In this document: piece by piece, positions 49,799-59,585 of the stretch | Position numbering within the stretch: the first letter of the stretch is position 1 | How the letters are laid out: every line of letters starts with the position of its first letter | Assembly (NCBI GenBank): GCA_040005755.1 | Contig: JBDTYJ010000001.1 | Coordinates: 310-64,309 of the forward strand | DNA length: 64,000 nucleotides | Reading direction: 5' to 3' | Origin: Pseudomonadota bacterium | GTDB lineage: Bacteria > Myxococcota_A > Polyangia > Polyangiales > Polyangiaceae | Made by a program: the position numbers and the translations under genes | The notes under the pieces: model-generated | The model's input: the letters and a program-made list of their open reading frames with translations, nothing else | Database searches by the model: none | Told to the model about the DNA's origin: nothing

Positions 49799-50500
49799 AT
49801 GGCGCCTTCCACTCAGCAATCGCTAACCGCCGTTCGACCGCGACAAATTCGCGTCGCTCCGTCCATATTGAGTGCCGATCTCGGACGGCTGGCCGAGGAG
49901 GTGCAAGAAGCGGAGGCGGCCGGCGCCGACTGGATCCACGTGGACGTGATGGACGGGCGCTTCGTGCCCAACATCACGCTCGGTCCGCTCGTCGTAAAAG
50001 CGGTCCGTCGCGCCACCAAGGTTCACGTCGACGTGCACCTGATGATCGTGGAACCGGAGCGCTACATCGAGGCTTTTGCCGGGGCCGGCGCTAACTCGAT
50101 CACCGTGCACGTGGAGGCAACCACTCATTTGCAACGCACGCTGAACCACCTCCGTGAGCTGAACGTGATGGCCGGCGCTGTGCTGAACCCGCACACTCCG
50201 GAGGATTTCCTTCGTTACGTACTGCCGGATTTGGACTTGGTATTACTAATGACGGTCAACCCGGGCTTCGGTGGCCAAGAATTCATACCCAACGTGCTGC
50301 CAAAAATCAGAGCCGTGCGGCGCATGATCGACGAGGCCGGCGCCAACATCGAGCTCGAGGTGGACGGGGGCATCGCGGTGGCTACAGCAGCCAGCGTCGT
50401 CAATGCCGGCGCCACGATGCTCGTGGCTGGAAATGCCGTGTTTGGCCAGCCAGATCGGCGGGCAGCCATCGCCGCGCTTCGTGCCGCCGCTGCGCAATGA
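49799..50500 (+). CDS. rpe: Ribulose-phosphate 3-epimerase
   Basis: APSILSAD, HVDVMDG.FVPN, DVHLM, MTVNPGFGGQ, EVDGG; ATG at 49799 chosen. Confidence 0.97.
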   Translation: MAPSTQQSLTAVRPRQIRVAPSILSADLGRLAEEVQEAEAAGADWIHVDVMDGRFVPNITLGPLVVKAVRRATKVHVDVHLMIVEPERYIEAFAGAGANSITVHVEATTHLQRTLNHLRELNVMAGAVLNPHTPEDFLRYVLPDLDLVLLMTVNPGFGGQEFIPNVLPKIRAVRRMIDEAGANIELEVDGGIAVATAASVVNAGATMLVAGNAVFGQPDRRAAIAALRAAAAQ

Positions 50501-51936
50501 CGCGCCTGGTTCAAAGCGTGCTCGCAGGGTGCTGTGCGCTCGGCGTGGCGTGCGCCTCAGAGTCGACGGCGGTCTCGCCCCACGCCCCGCGGGCGCCAGT
50601 GACTGCGCCCAGGAACGCGGCGAACGCGAGCGGCGCCGGGCCAGCTAGCACGACGAAGGACGTGGCGGCTGAGCAGACCGTCGCCGGGGCGCTGGCCTTC
50701 GTATCGGCGCTGCGCGAGCTTCCCGCTACCGGGCCCGTCAAAGGCCGAGTGATCACGCGCGACGAGATGGTGGCTCGCGTCGAGCACGAGGTCGACGAGG
50801 AAGTTCCCCCCGCGGTCGTGAAGGCGTCCGGCGAGATTCTGTTCGCGCTCGGCGCAGTTCCGGCCTCGTTCAACTATCGCCAGGGTCTGCTGGACGTCAT
50901 GCGTTCAGAACTGCTGGGTTTTTATGAACCGCACGAAAAAACGATGTTCCTGGGCGCCGATCTACACGGCCAAGAGTTGGATGCGACGCTCTGGCACGAG
51001 CTAGTGCACGCTCTTCAAGATCAGCACTACGGTTTGGAAAAGCTGCTCAATTTCAGCGCAGACGCCGGGGATTGGCAGGGGGCGGTTCACGCCTTGGCCG
51101 AGGGCGATGCCACTAGTGCGATGTTCGACGCGCTGTTCGCGGACAAGGGCCTGCGCGCCCCAGATCTCCCGGATTCGATGATGAACCTGCAGGCGGCCCT
51201 ATCAGCCGGCGTGGTGCAACAGGTGCCTGCGATCATCAAGCGTTCGGTGATTGCCCCGTATGTGGATGGGCTCGCGTTCGTGAACGAAGCGCGCCGTCGC
51301 GGCGGCTGGCAAGCGGTAGATGCGATCTGGGGCCGTCTACCCGCCAGCACGGAGCAAATCCTGCATTTCGAAAAATACCAGGCTCAGGAGCTCCCCGAGA
51401 ACATACCGCTGCTCGCCCCCGATGCTGTCGGGCCGAACGCGGCAACTTACAGCGATATCTATGGTGAAGAGGCGCTGCGCATTCTGTTCGAGGAGTGGAT
51501 GCCGGCCCGGGCGGCCCACGAAGCTGCGAGCGGCTGGGCCGGGGACCGCATCACCGCGTTCGCCGACACGAGTGGTGCCACGAGTGTCGCTTGGCGCATT
51601 CGCTATGACAGCGATGCCGCGGCCCTTGGCGGCCTGCGTGCATTTGCGCGTGGTGCGCTTGCCGCGGAAGACCAAGCGCCGGACAGTCGCGGACGTTTGT
51701 CCGAGTTCGTTCCTGGCCTTGCGGCAGAGCGGGCCACACTGGGCGGACAGGTGTGTCGGGAGCGGCACACTCGCGGTCCATTTGCGGTGTTTCGGCACGG
51801 GCGTGACGTCGCTGTTACGCTCGGTCCGTTTCGGCGAAACCCGGCTTCGGCCCTGTCCGATGGGAAGTGCGCCGATGCACTCAAGTGGGCAGCGGCGCTA
51901 GCGACCCAGGGCGCCGCTGATTCTGCTCATAAATAG
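50497..51936 (+). CDS. Lipoprotein with HEXXH motif (putative zinc metallopeptidase)
   Basis: Lipobox GVAC; GFY, HELVHALQDQ, EGDA, PY..G..FV, P.STEQILH; ATGA overlap with rpe. Confidence 0.75.
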   Translation: MTRLVQSVLAGCCALGVACASESTAVSPHAPRAPVTAPRNAANASGAGPASTTKDVAAEQTVAGALAFVSALRELPATGPVKGRVITRDEMVARVEHEVDEEVPPAVVKASGEILFALGAVPASFNYRQGLLDVMRSELLGFYEPHEKTMFLGADLHGQELDATLWHELVHALQDQHYGLEKLLNFSADAGDWQGAVHALAEGDATSAMFDALFADKGLRAPDLPDSMMNLQAALSAGVVQQVPAIIKRSVIAPYVDGLAFVNEARRRGGWQAVDAIWGRLPASTEQILHFEKYQAQELPENIPLLAPDAVGPNAATYSDIYGEEALRILFEEWMPARAAHEAASGWAGDRITAFADTSGATSVAWRIRYDSDAAALGGLRAFARGALAAEDQAPDSRGRLSEFVPGLAAERATLGGQVCRERHTRGPFAVFRHGRDVAVTLGPFRRNPASALSDGKCADALKWAAALATQGAADSAHK

Positions 51937-51961
51937 CGGCATTTCCTGGCCCGCATGGGTC

Positions 51962-51990
51962 TGGTTCGACCTGGATCAGGTCTCGAACCA
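51962..51990. promoter_or_regulatory. Imperfect palindrome (hairpin or enhancer-binding-protein site)
   Basis: TGGTTCGA-CCTG-GAT-CAGG-TC-TCGAACCA; no U-tract; about 70-95 bp upstream of a sigma54 motif. Confidence 0.5.
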
Positions 51991-52057
51991 CCCGGGAGGT
52001 GGAGCAAATACCTTAGCTAAGTGCTCCAAGTTGGGAAGCTTGAGCTTGCTTATGGGG

Positions 52058-52073
52058 TGGCACGGAACCTGCT
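52058..52073 (+). promoter_or_regulatory. sigma54 (RpoN) -24/-12 promoter
   Basis: TGGCACGGAACCTGCT with exact GG-N10-GC spacing, 45 nt upstream of ATG 52119. Confidence 0.75.
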
Positions 52074-52118
52074 TACAGATAGCTCGAGAAACGAAACCCG
52101 ATTCGAAACGTTGATCCA

Positions 52119-52631
52119 ATGAACCAAGCAACCATGGCCGCCCCGCTCAATACCGAAAAACGGACCCGCGCTGCGCGCTCTTCCGTAGTGAGCTCCGCTG
52201 CCGCGGGTGCTTCCTGGATGGCCCTCCTGGCCGTGACGAGCCTCGGTGCCGTCTCGGTGGAGCGCATGCGTGCGGAGGTTTCCGCGCACGGTGTGGCCGC
52301 TGCGACGAGCGCTGGCTATCGCCTGATCGTGCAATCTTACGCGCGCGAAAGTGTGCTGGGCGAGCAGCTGCCTGGCGCGAGTCAGCGCCCCTTGGCTTCC
52401 GTGCAGCGCGCCGTCACCGCTGAAGAGCTCGCGCGTGGCGTTGCGGTCGATATGCACCAAATCGACCAGATTAAGGGCGGCGAGCGCGTGATCGTCGCCT
52501 GGATTGAGCACGGGGCGCCGGACCTGGAGTTCGATGCGCTACGTGCGCGTCCCAGCCGCGGCGCGGTAGTCGGCATCGCGCAGGCTTCTGCTGGTTCCGC
52601 GCAAATCGTGCTCCGCCGACAAGAGGCGTGA
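52119..52631 (+). CDS. Hypothetical protein (possible N-terminal membrane anchor)
   Basis: Fills the intergenic space downstream of the sigma54 promoter; hydrophobic segment WMALLAVTSLGAV. Confidence 0.6.
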   Translation: MNQATMAAPLNTEKRTRAARSSVVSSAAAGASWMALLAVTSLGAVSVERMRAEVSAHGVAAATSAGYRLIVQSYARESVLGEQLPGASQRPLASVQRAVTAEELARGVAVDMHQIDQIKGGERVIVAWIEHGAPDLEFDALRARPSRGAVVGIAQASAGSAQIVLRRQEA

Positions 52632-52645
52632 GTTCAGCCGCGGGG

Positions 52646-54805
52646 CTAGGCGGCTTCGCGTTCGCTGGCCGTTCGCTGTGTTCTTAAGGCGCGAACACGC
52701 CGCGCGAAATCTCGGCGCTCCTCAGCGCTCAGGGTTTCACCGCCAAAACGTGCAGCAATGTAGCGCTCCGTCAGCGCGAGGGCTTCGCCGCCCACCGGAT
52801 GACCCATCGCGGCCAACGCGACTGCGTGAGCGCGCGGTGGCGTGCCCGTCGGTCGGGCGACGCCACGCACGACCAGTGCGGCCTCCAGCTGCCGATAAAG
52901 CTCGACGACCTCGCGCGTGATGGTTTCGCGCTCGGTTGCAGACCGAGCACTAGGCGAGAGCGTTTTGCGCCGTCGGGTCCACCAAATTCCTGCGTAAATT
53001 GCGGCCGCTAGCGCGGCTATCGCGAGCAAGGTGGCGCGCGGTGACGACAGCATGCGGCCCAGCGTACCGGGCCGGTTTTGCAGGGTACTGAAGCTTTTGT
53101 GGACGGACTTGAGCAGGCTGACTTGCTGCTTCAAGTCGTAGCCGATTACGTGGCGGTTCCAGCGTTGGGTTGTCGCCTCGACGAAGTCACGCACGAACGC
53201 CAAAAAACCGGTGATGTCGCTCTGAGGCGCCGCGTTCGCCGGCGGAGTCGGGTCGAAACGCGTCCAGCCCGTGTCATCCAGGTAAACTTCGACCCAGGAG
53301 TGCGCGTCGCCTTGCCGAACCGCATAGGAGCGGGCGAAACGATTGTAGGTGCCGCCGATGAAGCCCGTCACGTTGCGCGTCGGGACCCCGAGTGTGCGCA
53401 GCATCAATGCCATCGCCGTCGAATAGAACTCACAGTGACCGCGCTTGGACACGAACAGGAAGTCGTACAGGGGGTTTTTGGCCGAGCCCGACGGGGAATC
53501 GACGTCGTAGCGGTAGTCCCGCCGGAGCCGGCTCTCGATCAATCGGGCCTCCAGGCGTGGGTCCGTCGCGTTACCCGTCCAGATGTGCGCGAGTTCGTTG
53601 ATTCTCGGCGGCAAATCCTGAGGTACTGCGAGGTAGCGCTGGCGATCGGCTGCGGTCATGGCTACCGAGGTCGGCTCTTCGGGCGCCGCCAGTGAAACGT
53701 CGTAGCGGAGGCCACGGTCATCTGGGCTCTTGTACGTCAGCGAGCCCTCGGGTCCGCCACTGACCTGCGGGATGTTGTCGACGATGGATAAGCCCTGAAC
53801 CGACACCGTGAGCGCAACTGCCTCCGCGGGCAAAAATACTACCGGCGGCTCGATTGGTTCCAGGTCGATGTGCATGGAGCGATCGCGAAGTGGATCGGGG
53901 TAGCGCAGCAGATGCACCTGGCGGCCGCGTTGCTCCGCATGGAGCTGGCCGCCAGCGCTGCGAGACCATGCCTTGCCCTTGTACGTATCGAAGGCTGCCC
54001 CGCGCAGATACAGCGCGACGCGCGGTGGTGGCTCCTTGGGCAAGTGGGGCACGTCGACGCGCATCACGATCGTCGGATCGCTACGCAGCCTGCCCACGCC
54101 CCCCAAATCGACGTGCTCGGTGAAGCCCACCATACGTTCGGCTCTGGGATGGCTGAGCAGGAGCAGCGACAAGCCCACGCGTGGAAAGGCCACGAACAGC
54201 ACCAGCGTAAACAGAAAAATTGGCACCGAGAGTAGGCACGTAAAAACCAAGAAAGAGCGACCAATGACGCGGCGACTACGTAGGATGCGCGGCACGTCGA
54301 CCGGTAGCCCCGTGCGATCACGCGCGCCTTGCCGATAGTTGCCCTCCACCTCTCGTCGCAAGTGGCTGAGGACCAAAGCGCCCGGCGCGATCACCAGGAA
54401 GCCGAGGAAGCACAGGCCGTAAGCCAAACCGCTGCCGAGCACTGTTGCCGCGATCAAGTGCAGCAAGGCGAGCACGATGACCTGCTGGTCATGGGCGGCC
54501 CCGCGCCGCGTTGCCAGGCGGATTACCTGCAAACCGGCAGCGAACTCGACCGCCGCCTCGAGCAAGTTCGCGTTCATAAATAGGCGTACGCCCTGTACGC
54601 CCAGGAGGGCCAGCGGCAGCACCACGCCGATACGCCGCATCGTCGGTCGGTCTTGGAAGCTTTCCGGTATGACTACCGCGATGGCCAACCCGGCCAGAAT
54701 CAGGATGGTGAGCCAGTGATTCAGCTCACCACTTGTGATCAGCGCTAGCAGCCCGAGGGCGGCCAGCGTGTCGGTCATGATTCGATGAATCAGTCCGAAT
54801 CTCAC
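52646..54805 (-). CDS. Membrane transglutaminase-like protein (DUF3488/TgpA type)
   Basis: Multi-TM N-terminus, FPR, GF...V.LG, YLRG; catalytic GHCEFY, HSWVEV, FDPTP. Confidence 0.92.
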   Translation of the reverse strand: MRFGLIHRIMTDTLAALGLLALITSGELNHWLTILILAGLAIAVVIPESFQDRPTMRRIGVVLPLALLGVQGVRLFMNANLLEAAVEFAAGLQVIRLATRRGAAHDQQVIVLALLHLIAATVLGSGLAYGLCFLGFLVIAPGALVLSHLRREVEGNYRQGARDRTGLPVDVPRILRSRRVIGRSFLVFTCLLSVPIFLFTLVLFVAFPRVGLSLLLLSHPRAERMVGFTEHVDLGGVGRLRSDPTIVMRVDVPHLPKEPPPRVALYLRGAAFDTYKGKAWSRSAGGQLHAEQRGRQVHLLRYPDPLRDRSMHIDLEPIEPPVVFLPAEAVALTVSVQGLSIVDNIPQVSGGPEGSLTYKSPDDRGLRYDVSLAAPEEPTSVAMTAADRQRYLAVPQDLPPRINELAHIWTGNATDPRLEARLIESRLRRDYRYDVDSPSGSAKNPLYDFLFVSKRGHCEFYSTAMALMLRTLGVPTRNVTGFIGGTYNRFARSYAVRQGDAHSWVEVYLDDTGWTRFDPTPPANAAPQSDITGFLAFVRDFVEATTQRWNRHVIGYDLKQQVSLLKSVHKSFSTLQNRPGTLGRMLSSPRATLLAIAALAAAIYAGIWWTRRRKTLSPSARSATERETITREVVELYRQLEAALVVRGVARPTGTPPRAHAVALAAMGHPVGGEALALTERYIAARFGGETLSAEERRDFARRVRALRTQRTASEREAA

Positions 54806-55917
54806 GCGCTTTCCTTGGCTTTCCGGCGGAGGTTGTTGGGCTCCACGCTGACGCTGCTGGGGACGTCGCTTGGCTTTGCCTCCAAAAGCGCCAGAAATCG
54901 CAGCACTGGATCGGCGCCGACCGCCGTGGTCGCCCGCACTCGTTCGCCGCTGCGCGCTCGGACCGTGACGCCATCCCCACGCTTGATGTGAGCGACGGCG
55001 CGTGAGGCGATGTCGCGGATACGGCGTTCGAAACGAGTCGTCCAGTCCTCGTCCGGAGTGCGACCGGGGTGGGTCGAGTCGATCACATATGAAACGTCCC
55101 GCCGCACTTCGCGCGCTCGCTCGCGCACGATCATCTGCTCGACGCTCTTGCGCCAGTAGATGTCGCGTGGGTCGTCGCCTTCGCGCATCAGGCGTAGCGA
55201 CAAAATCTCATCCCCCGAACCCCGGCCGATCGCCGAGCTGCCGCCGAGCCGATCGCCGACGAGGTTGTTCGGCAGCTGAATTGGGTCAACCGCCGGGTAA
55301 ATGATCAGGTCCCCTTCTGCGCTGAGCTCTCGGGATTTTTCGAACAATCCAAACGGGAAGCGGGTCGCTACTCGAAAACCGACGTGGCGGTCGCGACCGC
55401 GCCGGGCAGGGGTGCGGCGGTAAGCGGCCACCTGAGCTGAGCGGGGGCTGATCTTCAGGAAGAAACAGCGTTTGTCTGCTGGCTGCCCGGCGCGCAGGTC
55501 TTCCACTTCGATCGCGTACGACGGGATGCGCCGCTTGTGATTGAAGACCTCAATTTCCACCAAGTGTGGCCGCGCAACTTGAGCGCGAGGCGGCAGGCGC
55601 CGCACTACGGTGAGCTCGCGAAGGCTGAGCTCGCTCAACACGCCCGAGACCACGATCATCGAGAGCAGCATGCCGAGCAGCAAGTAGAGCAAATTGTTGC
55701 CCGTATTGATGGCCGCGAAGCCCACACCGAACGTGATACCGATGAAGTATTTTCCTTCGCGGGTTAGCTTCAGACGACGGGGCGGGCGAAACCAAGGTCG
55801 GATGCGCGCTCCGAGCGCGCGCAAGCGCGCACTCACGGACGCGGGTCTGGGCTTGCGCCCAGAGGCAGGGCCGGTTGGCGCCGGCGAAGGAACGTCGAGC
55901 GAACGAGAGTCTGCCAC
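54802..55917 (-). CDS. DUF58-domain protein
   Basis: AAINTGNNLLY, TRFPFGLF, LR.MREGDD.R.IYWR; lies between MoxR and the transglutaminase. Confidence 0.88.
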   Translation of the reverse strand: MADSRSLDVPSPAPTGPASGRKPRPASVSARLRALGARIRPWFRPPRRLKLTREGKYFIGITFGVGFAAINTGNNLLYLLLGMLLSMIVVSGVLSELSLRELTVVRRLPPRAQVARPHLVEIEVFNHKRRIPSYAIEVEDLRAGQPADKRCFFLKISPRSAQVAAYRRTPARRGRDRHVGFRVATRFPFGLFEKSRELSAEGDLIIYPAVDPIQLPNNLVGDRLGGSSAIGRGSGDEILSLRLMREGDDPRDIYWRKSVEQMIVRERAREVRRDVSYVIDSTHPGRTPDEDWTTRFERRIRDIASRAVAHIKRGDGVTVRARSGERVRATTAVGADPVLRFLALLEAKPSDVPSSVSVEPNNLRRKAKESA

Positions 55918-55929
55918 CGGCTTTCTCGG

Positions 55930-56895
55930 CTAAAGTGGGACTGGGACGCGCGCGATGACTTCGCGAATGGCCGCTTCGGTTTCTTCTCGAGTGGGGGCGT
56001 AGCCTTCGGCGTGCGCGGCGAGCCGCACGCGATGAGCGAACACCGGCACCGCCAAACTGTGAATGTCGTCGGCGATGCAGTAATCGCGGCCGTTCAGGAG
56101 CGCGCGTGCACGCGCGGCGCGCGACAAGTTCATGCCCGCCCGCGTGCTGGCGCCCAGCGAGAGTGCGGGGCTCGAGCGCGTGGCCGTGAGCAGCGCCTGC
56201 AGGTAGGTGCCGAGCGCCCCGTCCATCGAGACACGCTCGACTTCACGCTGCAAACTGACCAAGCCTTTCGGATCCAAAACTACAGGGACGTTTTGGATGC
56301 GGTCGTGATCGGGCTCCAGCATTAGCCGCATCTCTACTTGGGGAGGCGGATAACCGATGCGAATGCGCATCATGAACCGATCCAATTGCGACTCCGGCAG
56401 CGGGAAAGTGCCCGCAAAATCCTGCGGGTTTTGCGTCGCGACGACCAAGAACGGTTCGGGCAGCGGATGCGTCTTGCCGTCGAGTGAAACTTGCTCGTCG
56501 CTCATCGCTTCGAGCAGCGCCGATTGCGTCCGCGGGCTCGCGCGATTGATCTCGTCGGCGAGCAGCACGTTCGAGAACACCGGACCATGACGCAGAACGA
56601 ATTCCGAGGTGCGTTGGTCGAATACCGAAACGCCGAGCACGTCGCTGGGGAGCAGGTCGCTGGTGAACTGCACGCGCCGCATCTCGCCGCCGACGGCCCG
56701 CGCGAGCGCCCGAGCCAACGTGGTCTTGCCCACTCCGGGCACGTCCTCGATCAAGATGTGGCCGCGGGCAATTAGCGCGATCAGCGCAAGCTCGACGACC
56801 TCAGCTTTGCCTTCGAGCGCGCCTTCTACGGCGCGGCGCAGTTCGAGCAAATGCTCGAGGCGCTGGGCGGGCATCGCAAGAGCGGAAGAACTCAT
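55930..56895 (-). CDS. MoxR-family AAA+ ATPase
   Basis: EDVPGVGKT, RVQFTSDLLPSD, DEINRA.PRTQSALLEAM, PLPESQLDRF. Confidence 0.96.
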   Translation of the reverse strand: MSSSALAMPAQRLEHLLELRRAVEGALEGKAEVVELALIALIARGHILIEDVPGVGKTTLARALARAVGGEMRRVQFTSDLLPSDVLGVSVFDQRTSEFVLRHGPVFSNVLLADEINRASPRTQSALLEAMSDEQVSLDGKTHPLPEPFLVVATQNPQDFAGTFPLPESQLDRFMMRIRIGYPPPQVEMRLMLEPDHDRIQNVPVVLDPKGLVSLQREVERVSMDGALGTYLQALLTATRSSPALSLGASTRAGMNLSRAARARALLNGRDYCIADDIHSLAVPVFAHRVRLAAHAEGYAPTREETEAAIREVIARVPVPL

Positions 56896-57096
56896 TCGGA
56901 AGCCATGTTAGCATGTGACGGACCCGAACTGGGTCAAGCCAAAACAGCCGTACTTTTACGGGGTTAACTTGAGAAGCTTCGATGAAAGCTCAGCTTTGGT
57001 GGTCAGTCTGTGCGCCGGCCGCGCTGGCTTCGGCGCGCCAGCGGGGGCGCACGACCCTATCGCTGGTCTTCGTTCGGGGTGTCGAGGGGCGATCGA

Positions 57097-57726
57097 GTGA
57101 TTGATCACATCGAGGTTCGCAACGTCACCCGGTTGTTTGGCGCAACGCCCGCACTGCGGGCTGTGAGCGCGCGGTTCGATGCCGGCAGCATCACGTTCTT
57201 GGAGGGCCCGAACGGCGCCGGTAAGAGCACGTTGCTGGCTGTGATCGGTACCGTGCTCACTCCGACCAGCGGCGACGTCGTTTACCACCCCATTGGTTCG
57301 GAGCTTGAGTTGGTACGGCCGTACATCGGTTGGGTCGCGCATGATTCCCTTTGCTACCGGGAGCTGAGCGCGCGACAGAACGTCGAGCTTGCGGCGCGCG
57401 TTTACGGGGTAGAGGTGGAGGGCGCGTGGGACCGGGTGGCCAAGCGCGTCGGGGCCGAGTCGCTCGCTGATCGCCGCGTCGGCACCCTCTCCAGGGGGCA
57501 GCGGCAGCGCGTCGCGTTGGCGCGCGCCCTCGTGCATGATCCGGCGCTTTTATTGCTGGATGAGCCCTGGTCCGGGTTGGACAGAGCCAGCGCGGAACAC
57601 TTGCAGCGAGCGCTTTTGGAAGAGCGTGCTCGCGGCGCGTTGGTGATCGTCGTCAACCACGCTGATGGCTTGGCGGAGCAGCTCGGCGCGCGCTGCGTGC
57701 GGCTCGAGAATGGTCGGGTTGTTTAG
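57097..57726 (+). CDS. ABC ATP-binding protein (CcmA-like)
   Basis: GPNGAGKS, IGWVAH, LSRGQRQR, LLDEP; GTG at 57097 chosen. Confidence 0.82.
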   Translation: MIDHIEVRNVTRLFGATPALRAVSARFDAGSITFLEGPNGAGKSTLLAVIGTVLTPTSGDVVYHPIGSELELVRPYIGWVAHDSLCYRELSARQNVELAARVYGVEVEGAWDRVAKRVGAESLADRRVGTLSRGQRQRVALARALVHDPALLLLDEPWSGLDRASAEHLQRALLEERARGALVIVVNHADGLAEQLGARCVRLENGRVV

Positions 57727-57729
57727 AGA

Positions 57730-58434
57730 TCAAGCAGCGCTCGGCGTACGGAGCAGCAGTTCGACGAGGTGGGCGATCCCGCGGTCGTCATTGCGCGCCA
57801 ACACCGCGCTCACCCGGGCGATGCCCAGTGCTTCGAGCTCAGCGGCGTTGCTTCCCGTACTCGCATCGGGTGCGCGCGCGCTCGACAAGACCACGTGATC
57901 GGGGACACGGCCGCGGGCACGCATCGCTTGTAGCGTCGCACTCAGATCGTGCAGAACCCCCAGCGCGTCCGCGGCAACGAGCACCCAGATTGCGGGTTCA
58001 AGCGCGAGCGCCAGGTCGAAGTTTGCGTGGGTCATCGAAAGCGGAGAGAAGACGCCGCCCGCGGTTTCCACGAGCGACCATGTGGCCATATCTGACGATA
58101 TAGACGTTGTCACTGCGGCCTCGGCCTCGTCGACCCAACGTTTCGCAATGTCCATATCGATGGCAACGCCCTGTTGGCGGGCAGCGCGGTGCGGGGACAC
58201 CGGCTCGCTTAGGCCGTAAAGTGGGGAGCGAGCTGGAGTTCGGAGTGTCGCGGCGTCCGCGAGCGCAGCGGCGTCGGACCCTGTTGGGTTCGCGAGGCCA
58301 CTCGGAATCCCGCTTTCAATCGGCTTGAGCCCGAGCGTTGAACGGCCGCGCCCTGCAAGCTCGCGTAGTATCGCGCAGCCAACGTGCGTCTTCCCGACGC
58401 CGGTGCCGGCACCTAGAATCACGATGCGCGGCAT
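57730..58434 (-). CDS. bioD: Dethiobiotin synthase
   Basis: GAGTGVGKT, KPIESG, PVSPH.AA, VETAGG..SPL; ATG 58434 overlaps the bioF end. Confidence 0.93.
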   Translation of the reverse strand: MPRIVILGAGTGVGKTHVGCAILRELAGRGRSTLGLKPIESGIPSGLANPTGSDAAALADAATLRTPARSPLYGLSEPVSPHRAARQQGVAIDMDIAKRWVDEAEAAVTTSISSDMATWSLVETAGGVFSPLSMTHANFDLALALEPAIWVLVAADALGVLHDLSATLQAMRARGRVPDHVVLSSARAPDASTGSNAAELEALGIARVSAVLARNDDRGIAHLVELLLRTPSAA

Positions 58435-59585
58435 GCGTCCTCGACTGCACGCGCTAGTCGGCTCAAGTCCTCGTCCCCGAACGTCGCTTTTACGGTCAGT
58501 CGTAGGCGGGCTGCGCCGACGGGCACTGTGGGAGGGCGAATGCCCTGCGCGAGGATGCCCTTGGATCGCAGCCGCGCTGCCACGTCGAGAACCCGGTCGT
58601 TGTCTCCGATCACTAGCGAAACGATCGGTCCGAAAGATCCCGGTACGATGGCGAGCCCGGATTCGCTCAGGCGTCGGCGAAGCCAAGCCGCGTTGGAAGC
58701 GAGCCGCACGCGCAAGGCATCCGCGGCTCGGGTCGCGCGCACCTGTTCGAGAGTAAGCTGCGCGTGCCGCGGCGAGAGCGCTGTCGAGAACACGAAGCTA
58801 CGGGCCTTGTTCCATAGGAACGTTCGAAGGGCTACGCTGCCCGCGACGAAGCCACCGTGGCTTCCGACCGCCTTACCGAGGGCTCCGACCAGAACATCCG
58901 CGCGGATCCCAGCTTCCGCGCAACGGCCCGCGCCACCGGGGCCAAACACGCCCAGCGCGTGCGCTTCGTCTACAATCAAGCAAGCGTCTGCGTCGTCGCA
59001 CAGCGCTCTCAGCGCGCGAAGGTCTGGGCCGTCACCGTCCATGCTGAAATAGGATTCGGTGAGAACCCAGCAAGCCCGCGCTCCACGCCGCTCGTTCAAC
59101 GCTGACCGAATGCCATCGAGGTCGAGGTGGGGCACCACTCGGATTTCGGCTTTCCCCAAGCGCGCGCCATCGATTAGGGAAGCATGATTCGCCGCGTCCG
59201 AGATCAGGACGGAATCACGGACGGCCAAGGCCGAGACAAGCCCCAGGTTGGCGGCGTAAGTGGAGGCGAACAACAACGAAGTGTCGGAACCGACCCAGGA
59301 TGTGAGCTCGGCTTCCAGCGCCAGGTGCTCCGGGGCGGTCCCGTGGATCAGTCGTGACGCCCCTGCGCCGGGGTGCGCCACTGTTTCACGTGAAACAGGG
59401 CGTGCTCCCAGGCCGAGGTAATCGTTAGAAGAAGCGTCGATCGCGCGCTGCCCAAGCTGGGTTGCCGCCAGACTGACGCCATTGCGCGCGGCTCCATCGT
59501 CGGGCTCCCGCAGCAACCCGGCCTCGCGCAGCTCCGCGAGGCTCTGGTTCAGGAAGGAGTCATAACGCATGGCTTCTAGTAGCAT
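58419..59585 (-). CDS. bioF: 8-amino-7-oxononanoate synthase
   Basis: SNDYLGL, GASRL, NHASLIDG, SMDGD, DEAH, LGKA, IRPPTVP; start may be 59570. Confidence 0.93.
   Translation of the reverse strand: MLLEAMRYDSFLNQSLAELREAGLLREPDDGAARNGVSLAATQLGQRAIDASSNDYLGLGARPVSRETVAHPGAGASRLIHGTAPEHLALEAELTSWVGSDTSLLFASTYAANLGLVSALAVRDSVLISDAANHASLIDGARLGKAEIRVVPHLDLDGIRSALNERRGARACWVLTESYFSMDGDGPDLRALRALCDDADACLIVDEAHALGVFGPGGAGRCAEAGIRADVLVGALGKAVGSHGGFVAGSVALRTFLWNKARSFVFSTALSPRHAQLTLEQVRATRAADALRVRLASNAAWLRRRLSESGLAIVPGSFGPIVSLVIGDNDRVLDVAARLRSKGILAQGIRPPTVPVGAARLRLTVKATFGDEDLSRLARAVEDACRAS
59382..59397. promoter_or_regulatory. parS centromere site (inside bioF)
   Basis: Perfect palindrome TGTTTCACGTGAAACA, equal to the canonical ParB/Spo0J parS consensus. 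Confidence 0.9.

Noticed and set aside
51940-52010. tRNA-like GGTTCGA motif
   Set aside because: No cloverleaf or acceptor stem could be built; it is one arm of a palindrome
52646-56895. MoxR-DUF58-transglutaminase operon as a novel system
   Set aside because: A widely described gene triad; nothing unusual seen here
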